From positions 8,699,224 to 8,763,223 of the forward strand of contig CAJINV010000002.1 of the NCBI GenBank assembly GCA_905178155.1: a stretch of DNA of 64,000 bases, in the 5' to 3' direction. The stretch comes from Amoebophrya sp. A120 (Eukaryota; Protista; Dinoflagellata). The notes beneath the pieces were generated by a model. It was not told the DNA's origin and ran no database searches. It saw nothing but the letters and a program-made list of their open reading frames with translations. The position numbers and the translations under genes are program-made. Positions 48,074 through 59,900 of this stretch are shown piece after piece; within the stretch, counting starts at the first letter, position 1; each line of letters opens with the position of its first letter.

Positions 48074-50904
48074 TTTAGTCAAGATGACGATTGATGTCGG
48101 TGATCTTTAGGACTAGATAATTATTATCATACTTTCTTCACTTGAGATAAGAGAGGCTATGGGCTCGGACATGAGAAGTTCTCCAGGTTGCGGGAGGCAC
48201 AACCAGTAAGAGACAAAAGTTCGGGCAGTTTGGAAGCACGCGGTTTTACTTCTCGAACTAAATACGGGTAGCATTCAACATTTTCTTCGCTTCTTTTTTT
48301 AGAATTGGGGGCTGTTCTGCGTTGCGACGTCACAACGCGGCGGTTGGAAACTTCTCAGCTTCAAGTAGAACAGACGAAGATAATAAATCCGATACTGACC
48401 TCTTAACTCACAGACACAGGCTGACGCTGATGTGGCCGCTTACATATAGCACCGGCTCTCGTCTCGTGCTCATCGGTCCCCAAAGTCATACATATAGAAG
48501 TTGGATCGCAATAAATCGCTCGACAGAGTTTTGCCTTGTACTAGTTGACCTCGCTCGGCAGAGAGAAAAAGAACGCCGACACGCACGGCGGTCGGGTTCT
48601 TCTTGCTGTGAAAATCTACTTTCACGGAACATACAAATCACTACACTCGTGTTAGTATTGCAGAACTGCATCGCGCTTGTGTGCCGTCTTTGGAACAAAA
48701 TTTCACAAAATGTGGCAGAGGACACGATGCGGATGCCCAAACCACAATGCCACACATGAAGAACATCATCACGGCCAGCTCTTTAATTTGCCAATACCGA
48801 TGTGGACCCAACGAAAGGCCGCGCCCTCTTCTGGTAATATGGACGTCTACTTCACTTCTCTGCTTTCATTTCTTGCCGAGGCGGGGCCATGCAGTCCCTG
48901 TTCAATCATCCGGTTTGTGCTAGAGGAAGTCGAAGATCGATACCCCTTAGCTCCGTTCTCTTTTTCATCATACTTAAGCGTATGCGTATGACAGCAGTAT
49001 CCGTTAGTACTCTGCTAGTCGAGCAGTTGTTCTCTATTCGGACGGACGAGTAACTACTTCTCGGCTTGTTGTACTACAGTCGAACCCTACTCCTCTGAAA
49101 ACGGAGCGTGAGGCTCGATCTTCAAATGTATCTTGATTTTTACACAGGGCTCGGGTGTCGTCGAGGTTGTTTCGAAAATTGGTGCAAACAAGACAGCATG
49201 CGTACGGACCTTGAAAACTAGAAATCGTGGACATTCATCTTTATCTTTGGTGTTTAGGGGTCTTTTACTAAAAGAAAAAAGAACCAAACAGAAAAAGACG
49301 TATATTATCATATTTTTTTTTCCTCATTGGGTTACTGCCACATCACACACACATACTCACGTTCCTTTCCGAAATATTACATTCGTAGAGTACATTGTTC
49401 CCGCCGTACTTAACAGATCATGACTTCTACCTAGGTAACATGCGAAGTGTCAATTTCTAATATTTTTCTACAAGTACACTTTCGAGACAAGAATCAAGAT
49501 GCTCGTGAAATTGACGTTGTAACGGAAATATTTGGAACAAGAAGAACGCTTTTTGTGCACATCTTTCGTAAGTCTAAGTTTGTTCGTCGTTCGTACTTGC
49601 ATTTTTCCGTGAAACCGAGAGATAGTGGCAGAGCTGAGTTTGCGTGACATGAAATATGAAATAAACCTAAAAGAAGTGAGAGTTACATCATTAGCAAAGG
49701 TCCGTCCTTGTAGAGCTCATTGCAACAAGTCAAAAGCCATGCATAGACTCGACGTCCCTCACACTAGAAGACGATAATCGAACTTCTTTTCTGCCTTACT
49801 GCAGGGCGCACAAATATTATTGGGGGATATCTAACTAAATCGTTTACCTTTTCGGTTGTTTTCCGTTGTGCATCTAGTCGGCAACTGCCACGACCTCCCG
49901 GGATAAACTAGACAAAAGTCGCTCTTGTTCCCTGCGTCATTCTTCACATTCGCACCCCGTCGCGGCGTACCTCGCGGCGCCCGGCGAAGGAGAAAATGCA
50001 AACACAACATCAGATATACAAAAGTCATTTTTTTTGCACAGGACTACAACGTCAAGATCTTGTGGCCCTACATCACGTGTACGTTCCTTGCTTCATTCAA
50101 CGCCGCGGCTTACGCGTTGGATACCAAATACCTACAACGAAACGGAACGGCTCTAGTCAAGTTGACAGAAATGACCTGTATTGGCTTTATCAGAAACGAA
50201 AAATCAATCAACTGTTTTGATTTTGGATTCAGAAATTTGATTGTAGTAAATTCATAGCTTTATTTTCGAAGTAAAAGTTGTCAGAAGTATGAGTATCGTA
50301 TCACAAACAGAATTCGCGAGAAGCTGCCAACGCGTCTTGGCCGCTTGGAGTAAAGTGTCAAACTAGTATCAGAAGCAAAAGTAATCAGTTTTTCGTGCCC
50401 ATTGTACTTGTTATATATGATTTGTATCTAATGAAGTGATCTTTTTATTTTTGTACATGATAATGTTGAAAAAGACAAGCGCCACCCTGGATGACTGCTC
50501 GTGTGGTGTGCGTTCCGCTGAGAAAACACAAAGAATTTAAGAATGAAACATCTGCAAAAATCGAAGAAAGGTTCTTTTTGGACACCAAATCCAGTCGCTT
50601 CAAAAAGAACTGTGTTCTCGATTCCAGCAGGCTGAGTGTCGAAAATGCAGAAAAACTTTTCGAATACCAAATGAGCAACAACTTTTAAAATGGAAAACGC
50701 AACTAATGTTGAGACGTCTAGCAAAACTTCCGTGCGCCAGCACTCATTTCTAGCTAGAGCCCCTTGCTATGTTCTTTATCAGTTTCAGTATATGTAAGTA
50801 GAACTAGAAGTAGAAGTGGCATATTTCTACAATTTTCATTACAGTCAAAGTCAATTCTTTGTTTCATATGAGTTTTCACGAGGCCCCGTCGTCGGTTCTT
50901 AACA

Positions 50905-53900
50905 CTATCCACCCACGGCACCCTCGTCCACCCATTGCTTCAAGTTCATGGCGAGTGACATCACTTCCATTGCCGGTAGCAACTCCAAATACCCCGCATA
51001 CATCAAAATGAAGCTTCGTTCTTCCTCCGTCTCACCGAACTTATTGACAGTAGTACCAATTTCCGGTTCATCATCATGACCAGCATGATTCTCTGCTTGT
51101 TGCATTGGCGTCCGTGGATTTGTAGTGGGCAGCACGACTGGGTCTTGTTCGTCAGTGGGACGTTCGTCAGTGGGACGACCACCCGTAAAATCTGCCACTA
51201 AGCCTTCTTGACTCTGCTCGTGAAGCCGCTTCTGATGTTGAAATGCGTGAGACGAGTAGTGGTCGTCTGTCGGAAACATCAGGTTCGTTCCGGTTAGATT
51301 GTTGAAAATAAACGGCGTGTCCTCGCAAATATCCTCGAGGTACCGAGCCCGCGGACGTGGTACAGTTGTGGTTAACAGTGCCCCAGAGGAGTTCTTTGCT
51401 GCAGAAGTACTAGCCAGTGGAGTCGAAGAGATCGCATGTAAGGGTGCTTGCCGCCTGCTCAAAAAGCCTACTTTCTTCGCGGATGCACCTGGCTGCAGAC
51501 TGTCGCCGCTGGGTAGTTCGGCGCCATCGCTCATGTGTTGCATTTCGGGAAGGTTTCCTACCGTCCTGCTTTTGCCAGAACTTGTTATCGTGAGCAAAAA
51601 TCCCTCCTCCCCATATCGAAAAGGCACGTCTAAGAAAATTTGTTATGCTCATTTGTGACCTCAAATCATCTCTGTCTTGCAGGACCGAAACTACACAGGC
51701 TCCGCCGCATTCTGCAGGCGGTTTGTGATGCTGTTGGCCCTACAGACTAGGCGTCTGCCATGCTTACCGCCTAGCAGAAAACCTCTCTACTCAGGCTTAG
51801 TATAGGCCTGCAGTCCTCTCCAGCAAGACAAATCTGATTTGTGTACGCAAATCCAGCATCAGAAACTTCGTTTTGATATGGGGAGGGGGAATTTTTCCTT
51901 TTGATACTTGTTCCCTTGACTTCTGGTGAAAGACCGCTGTTGTAAATTCTTTCATCCACCTCCCGCTCCCTCGAAAAAGAAGAGAGAAAGTCGCGTTTCG
52001 GCAGCTTCTCCTGCAGATCATACTAGCATCCAGAGAAAAAACCTAGCACGCCGCATTCTTTTTTTGTATAATGATGATGTACCCAACTGTGGGGTCTATA
52101 CATGAAATTTAGAGTTCTGTCTCGTATGGCCGATGAAAAACCCTGCCATGGCCTCCCAATGACAGATTTTCTGCCTCTTATAGTTTTGCGTTTTTGCGTT
52201 GCTCAGCTAGCTTTTTTCTGTGCGATAAGTAGACTTCGTTCATGATTGTACGTGCCAACGACAGCTCCTTCGCAACTTCCGACTGTGTCAGCCCCACCCC
52301 CGGTGGCTGCACTGGTGCTTGTGCTGCTTCAGCTTCGACGCCGAGCGATGTTTCATTTGCACTACCACTTCCTGGTTGTATTTGCGTTTGGTCTACCGAT
52401 CCCGCGGCCTCGGAGCCTGCGTTCGCGCGGGGCGTAATTCTTGCGTTCCCAAAGGACGAAACGGCCATTTGTGCTTCTGTTCGATGATCGGAAGAACCAG
52501 AGATCACCGGCGCGTGCGGCGGGGCTACTTCTCCGTTTTGTGCATGTGCACGACCCTCCGCTTCTGTCCGACCGAGAGAACTCGAGGGCTGCACCTGTTC
52601 CGCGCTCGCGGCGGAGGAATATACTCGGGGAGAACTACCTGCGACAGGCGAGGTCGTATTCCGCCAGCCCAATGCCGCCTGTTCCCACGCAGGGAGCAGA
52701 GGGTGTTGCTGCTCACGCTCATACCGTGCCGGAGGCGGCAGTCCGCTTTCGTCGCCGAGGTCAAACCGCATCAGGAAGAGATCGCATGCGTCTCTCCAGG
52801 CGTGATCCTCGTGCGGAGCACGGGTTCCCGGCTGGCTCATGTCCAGTGGCCGGACGAAAATCGGGCCGTCATCATAAAAATCTTCGTCGTCCGTTTCGTC
52901 ATTTTCCTCGCTTGTCTCCACCTCTGCGATCGGCGAGTGTGTCCTGGTGAAGTAATGCCCTAATGGCGTCATTCTCATTGTCTCGACGTCATCCAGATGA
53001 GGACTTGCAACGGTTCCATTATGCTCTTCAGCATCAACATCGTCGTGCTTCTTCAGCCGTACACACTTGGCGTGCATCATCGCATTCATCGTAGACATTA
53101 CCCCAGAAGATGCGCCTCCTGGATGTCGAGAACTTGGTGGTGCACCAGAAGTACTGCCAGAACTTGAAGTACTGCCTGCTGCGACATCATCAATGCGACC
53201 ACTGGTGCTGTTGCTGGCCGGCAGCACGCCGGGCGAGCCAAAGACAGGTCCACCGTGCTGAGCGGGATAATTTCTTGTAGTTCCGAAAGTGGTCTCTCCG
53301 TAGCACCCGTTCGAAACTATATATGTCGGACGGGTTGAGGTTGAGGTTGACACTGGCGTTGACGATGCTGGCCCCGCAGGTGACGGCGCACTGCTGGCCG
53401 TACTTGCGCCGAAAGGTGAAGAAGTAGCGTTCGCCGGGGGACAATTATACGCGTCGGCTGTAGACTTACGCGCGTAGTGTTTGGCCGCGTAGGCTTCAAA
53501 GAGGATTTTTGAAATGGGTAGCTTCTCCGCGTCGAGAAAGAGCTGCACCTGTTCGTACAACGTCGGCCCTGTCCACCCCTCCAGCGGGGGAACGAGGCCC
53601 GGGGGAAAAGCGGACTTCTTGCGCAATTCCTCGGACTTTTGCTGCATCTCCTTGGTGAGATAGAACTCCGCCGCGTTCTGCAACTTCTGCAACAGGTACT
53701 CCTGCTTTTGCAGAATTTGCTTCTCCGACTCTGCTTTCCACGGTGATGACGAAAAGGTTGTCGAACTGTTCCTGTCAGTACGACCAGCAGCAGCAGGTCC
53801 AGGTGCTCCAGGAACAAATACAGCTGCGCTATCTTCTTTACCTTTTCGCTTGTCGTAATTGTTTCGGAAAAAGTAGTCCGAGAAGAGCACCGTCTGTTTC

Positions 53901-56900
53901 AGCTGTGCAATCACCTGCTCCCGCATCTTCCGCCGAAGCTCCCCAATCGAGAGCAAAATCCCGGCTGCAAAGGGGTCCTCCGGTGCGAGGGCGAGCAAGT
54001 TGTTCGTCATGGCGTTCGGGCTCATGTGCAGCAGCTCGCTCGAGTTAATATAATCGTTGCCGGTTTGGTTCAAGAGACCTTCCTCCAGCATCATTTGCCG
54101 CCATTCCTGATCCCCTTTGAGCAACCCCGCTCGTTCTGCTTGCAGCAACTTTCGCCACTCCCGCTCCTCCAAGAGCCGCAGCTTCAAGGACTCCTTCAGG
54201 GACCGCTTCCCCGCGACGCGGTCTTCTTGTTTGCGGTCCTTGCGACTACCACCAGCACCGCTTCTCGAGTTTGCTGCAAACGCTGCAGGCGCCCGCGCGT
54301 AGGCCCCGAGTTTAGCTGTAATTCCGTGCAGCTGCGCAGGATCGCGTTGTGCGAAAGCACTTCCCGTGGTGCTCGCGCCAGCACCTGTCGCCGTCGCTTT
54401 GGCCACTTCCGGGGAGTAGTCGCTGATGTCCTCAATGGCCACCAGCTTCTGTCGCTCCGTCCGCAGGAACGACAAGAGTGCTCTTTGCACGTGCTGCACC
54501 TCTCTACTGTACACCACCCGCGCCGTCCTGACGACGCTGTCCAGGACCTTCTTAACGAAGTTAGTCAGTTCCGGCACCGGCCCCAGGGGCGGTGTGGTCG
54601 GGGGCGTCGCGGGAGACGGATCCAGCGGAGTTGTTGGTAGCGCCGCAGCAGCATTAGAATCAAGTGCAGCAACTGCAGCGACCGAGACACTTGCGCCCGG
54701 CGCAATCGGGGGCGCTATCCCGTCACCCAGGACGCCTGGGCCGTGGACCGGTTCGTCACCCGAAGTTCCAGGTGGCTGTTGGGCCTGAGATATTTTTCGA
54801 TTAAGTGCGGTGCATGGAAAAGCAGGATGAGTTCTTGAACATCAGGGACTTCAGTGGTCACCTGGTGCACGAAATCAAAATCATCTCTTTCAAGATTAAA
54901 GAAAAACACTCCAGGGCGAGGACACCAGTATGGTGTATGTAAGTAACTAAGGAAGTGCGCCCCGACACCAACTGCGTGCGACTCCATTCTCCAGCCTGAA
55001 ACTGGAAGAAGAAGATCATGAAGACCGAAAAAAATAAGAATTGATAACCCGCTGATCTATATGAACAAAACACATATATGAATACAGATCATTTGACGAT
55101 ACCTGCACGGTCGGATTCTCAACATGATGATCATGATCATCCGTCTTCGCCACTTTTTTGTTCCGAGAAGATGCCTTGACCTTTTCTGCAAGTGGCCTAT
55201 CATTTTCTCCGATACTGATGTCCGTCGTGCCTTTGCGGCCGTTGTTCTTCACGGTCGCTACAAAGGGATTCGGGATCTTTCTGCCCGCCTGGTCCAAATC
55301 GCGATTCTGCAACGTACCCAGCCAGTCGAAAAGCTTGCGCATCTCATAAGCGGTGGCGCTCGGCGAAGCAGTTGGCGCTACTTGTTCGCTAGGACTATTT
55401 TTTGCTGTCCCGTGATTTGTGTTTTTTTCCTGGTGCCACGCCACGACAGGTTGGTGGCGTGCTGAGACCCTACTTCGTGGTAAGGGTAACCAACTCCCGA
55501 CCGACTCTAGATTGGCAAGGGAAGAAGTAAACGACCCCCCTATCGCACGGCCGGGGCCGCGCGTTTTGTTCAGAGCCGAACTTGACAGAAGCACATCAGA
55601 GTCGATGGTCTGATCATACTTCAACCTGTGCCGATTGCGGGCAACGCTTTCCTGTCCCCCTGCGGGCGGCCCACAGGAGGCCGCAGCAGAGGTAGTAGCT
55701 CCCTCAGCAGCACCGGGGTGTTGTACTTGTCCTTGCTCGGTGCAGAGAACCGTACCACCTTTCTCGCTGCGTGCTCCGTCCGATAAATGTACCGTTGCAT
55801 GCGCGTGATGCCTTGAAGTAGATACAACAGGCGGATCAGGCACCAGAGTTGTGTCTTGCTCACTGGCCTCCAACGGAAAATTTTTCGGCGGACTTTTCCC
55901 GGTGAGAACAGCTATTGGCGCTGTCTTCTTTGCCAGTAAGGTTCGCAGGGACCTTTGCTGGATGAAGCTCGCGGAATCCAAAACCGACACTGCGTATTCC
56001 GAGGAGGCACTGGTTGCGAAATAGACCGCGTGCCGCAAGGCGCGCAGGGAGAGCCAGGGATGCAATTCGCGAATCGGAAGGACGCGCTGGAACAGCGCCC
56101 GGGAAAGCTGCAACCGTTTACTCGCCCGCCTTGACGACGGCGTTGCTGTCGTAGTAGAACTCGGTCCGTCGATCCCTCGTTGCACTTGTTCATCTGCAAG
56201 ATCAGCACGTAAGTTTTTCTCCGCCCACTGCCCCGCGCGCACAAGCATCACAGAGACCAGCTCAGCCGCGTGCCGAGTGACGCGAGGAATGGCCGCCTCC
56301 AACTGGCCGGCAACCAGGCTGGTGGCAATGATCGAGTCACGAATCACGGTTTCTTCCCCGTCCTCCACCGGGACTCTATCACGCGTTCTAGCACTCGCTG
56401 GAGTTGTACCAGCGTGGATGGATGCGTAGCTGCCAGATTCCTCGTGCTGCTGCTGCTGCAAAAGCTGCTGCCCGAGATCTGAAGGAATTTTTCAAAAATA
56501 GATGATCCAAGGTCGTGACAAACGGAGCACCAATCCAAGCTGTACGTATCTTATGCGCTTGCGCTAACCAAGACATGAAAAGAAATAGCTGGGAAAAGAG
56601 ATCGGGTAAAAGAAAAACGTCTGCGACGTCGATTTCAAGGCGTATAATACCGTGCAAGCTTGCTTTCTGGTCACGCTCTTTGGCCTCGTGCTCGAAGCTC
56701 ACCATCCATGACACCAGGGACCGCAATGCCGCACGTCGGTGCGCGGGAGGCGGTTCTAGCGACTCACGTGGTACAGGCGCGCCAGATCTACTCCTGGCCG
56801 GCCCCGCGAAAGTTGTGGCCCCGAAAAGTGGGTGTGGTGGTGTCGGGCCCTTGTTTTTGCGATCAGAAAGCAAGGATGCCAATGGCATCCGAAAAGACCA

Positions 56901-59900
56901 CGAGGAATCCTCGTGCGCTACCGTGGAATTATGCGGTCGAGCCTGGTGATGTTCCTGTGCCTGGTGTCCCTTTGATGACATTTTTTGTGAAGATGTTGGC
57001 TTTCCGTGCTGCGCTGCATCAGTACGACCTTCCTCGTCGCTCTCCTCCTCTTCGTCCTCTTCCGTAGCCAACTCCTTGGACGCTGCCTGCGTACGCATGA
57101 GGACATCTAAAGCTGTCGCCACCTGCAGCACGGCCAGCAGACTCGCCTGCTGGAACAAACACCAGCGAAGACCAGGACCGGGGGCGTGGGTCACGTCCGC
57201 AATGGACGATGCCGCAGCCGCTGGCAAGGGAGCGGCCACCAAATCTTCACCTCCTTCGACGTGCCCTAACCCGGTGCCCGGATCTTCTGAAACTCGTTCC
57301 GATTCAACTTCTGAGGCCCCTCTGCTAGAAGATCTAAGCGAAAAATCCTGCCACTCAACGCCCGAAACAGGGCTCTCTCCAGCGGCCTGCCGGCCGCGCG
57401 GTCGGGACGAAAGCTGAGAGGAAGTCGGAACAACCATCGCGTGGTCACTTGCCTGTGTGGACAAACCGTCAAACGACAACTGGCGTGTGAGTCTCCCGCC
57501 CATTCCCAGAGCTGTCTCAAGACTGCTGGACGAGGTCACCCGCGGCGCACAGCAGTCCTCGGAGGCCGTGCCCGGGCTCCCCGCCCGCACCGAGCCCGAC
57601 CGTGACAAGGTCCGGTCCGTAGAACGTGACAGGGTCCGTTCTTGATGTTCACTGTTGTGGTCCAGAACATGTTGACTCGCATCATCTCCACGAGAGGAGT
57701 TGGTCGGCAGGAATTCTCCAAGGTGGTGGTCGGGAGGTAAGACATCATGACCACCGAGTTCTGCCGCTACTGCAGGAGCTCGAGGACTACAACTTCTTCC
57801 GCCTGGACCTCTGGTGGAACTACGCTGGTTCTCCAGTGCCTTTGCGGACGCGACCGCAGCACGCTCGCGCTCCTTTTGAAGCAATCTGGTCCGGTAGCTC
57901 ACGTTCGAATCCGCATAGTCATCCACGTTGCTGGTTGTCGAGGCAGAAAAAGCATCCGAGTCGCTCGACGAACTGTCACTGTCGTCTTCATCCGGCCAGG
58001 AGCTGTCCAAGGCAGCGTCAACATCTTCGTGGTACCGGACATTACTCAGTTCCAAATGAAAGTAGGTCTCGACTGCGTCCGGCAGCGTCTTCATCGAGAG
58101 CATTGTGCTGGCCTCGAAGGGTGCGCTTTCCAACACGCGCTCCACCGTCTGAAAGACATTCAGCCTTGCCGCTGGTTTCGGTGCGCTCCTCTCTGTTTTC
58201 ATCGAGGTGGGCATGAAGAGTCCCGGCTTTGGAGATGACGCGCGAGCTTGTGCTGCACTGCAGGAAGCAGCTCCAGCGCCGCAGTTCAGCCTGGAGTCCG
58301 TACTCAAAATTTCCTTGGCAACTTGCGGAAAAGCCATCTTTAGACTGTGCTGCACCTGGAAGACGGCGTGGGGAAAAACTTCCATCGCCTGCCTGAACTG
58401 TGTCGGTCGGTGCCGGTCAAAATTCGACACGAATTCGTTCCAGTCGCGAAATTGGGCTTTTAGTCTTGCCCGCAACAGCACCTCTGCCTCCTTTGCTAGC
58501 CGACCGAAAAACGCTACCTCGTCGTCCACGACGCTCTCGTCCTGCGCGGAAGGGCGGCGGGTGCGCGCCCGCATCGAGCGGGAAAGGTGCCACTGCATCT
58601 TGTTTCTGGAGACCGGCTTCATGGAAAGCCCGTCGATCATACTGCCGTCGGCAACTGCATCCTCGTCGTCTTCCGTGAGAGGCTCGTCCGATGATACGTC
58701 AAAGTCCGATTCGTCGTCCTGTTTGGCGCCGCCAACATCTTCCTCCCGTTCTGACGAGGAGGTGAAAATATCTTCGTAGGACTCTCGGTGCATAGCTCTC
58801 ATGTTCCCGCGCGGCCGTGTGCCGTTCGACGAATTTGATGAATCATAGCTCATTTCCCTTTCTTCATCCGGCACGGTTTCCCCGGGCGGGGCGTCGTGTG
58901 AGGCACCAAATAACCTTGGTGTATCTACCTCGCCCAGCACCTCGAATGTTGTTCTTACGGTCGCTGCAGCTGCTGCTTTGCGCTCGGTCTCCTCTCGGAT
59001 GAAAGTTCCCAGCGCCTTGTAAGCCGACTTTTGCAGCTCCAGTTGAAGCGACGGCTTCTTATGTGGAAGTGCGCCCCGTGCGCTTATCCTTTCGGGCCTC
59101 GCTGCTCCAAAATAAGCTGAAGCCAAGTGCTTTCTTTTTTCCTTCTCCACCAACATCCGCTGCTCCCGCCAGCTCGTGAACTCCAGCATTGCCGCGTTGA
59201 TCATTTTTTCCAGGGCCAACTTCGGGTCAAAAAACTCGTCGTTCGGCTCCGTCTTCCAAGTTTTTGCTTGTCGTCCGCTATTCGGTAGCTCCTGCTTAGG
59301 AACATCTTTCTTATCGGGAAGCCACCTGCCGCCCATCTTATTTGGCGACCTGCTCGGAGCAGATAGCTTCCTGGCTGTGCGCGTTTGGTTCAATGGCTCA
59401 CTCATCATCTCCCCGCCCGGCTGCCATGCCGGCTGCTGTGGAATCTGAAATGTTGGCCCATCGGCAAGAAAAGTTTCCTGAGCCGCAATTTCCGTAGCAA
59501 CTCCAGCGGCAGGAGATGGAGCACGAAAAGTCGGCCAAGAAGCATAGACGGCAGGAATCGGAGTAGCAGTTGAAGGCGCCGATCGATCCACCTCCGGGAG
59601 ATTAGCGCCAGTAGCGGAGTGAGCAAGCTGTGGCGGGAGGAGCTCTCTTTTGGTCGTGGCTGCCGGCTGTACTGCATGCTCCTGCCCTCCACCTCGTGCA
59701 GCAACATCCACTTCGGTGGCTGCAACAGCGTGCGAAGGGTTAGAAGTGAAAAGCACAGTCGTGTCCGGTCCCTCTCCTCGTTCGCGACTCATCTCCGCGA
59801 TAAGCGGTCGGCGGAAGGCTATTGGCACATCCTTGGCCGCGAAGGCGGCATCCAAGGCATCTGTCAGCAGTATTCCGTCACTGATCTGGTCCAACACCAA

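Noticed and set aside
48100-50900. AT-rich 2.8-kb gap with short ORFs, a candidate for a decayed transposase
   Set aside because: No recognisable motifs, TIRs or TSDs by eye.
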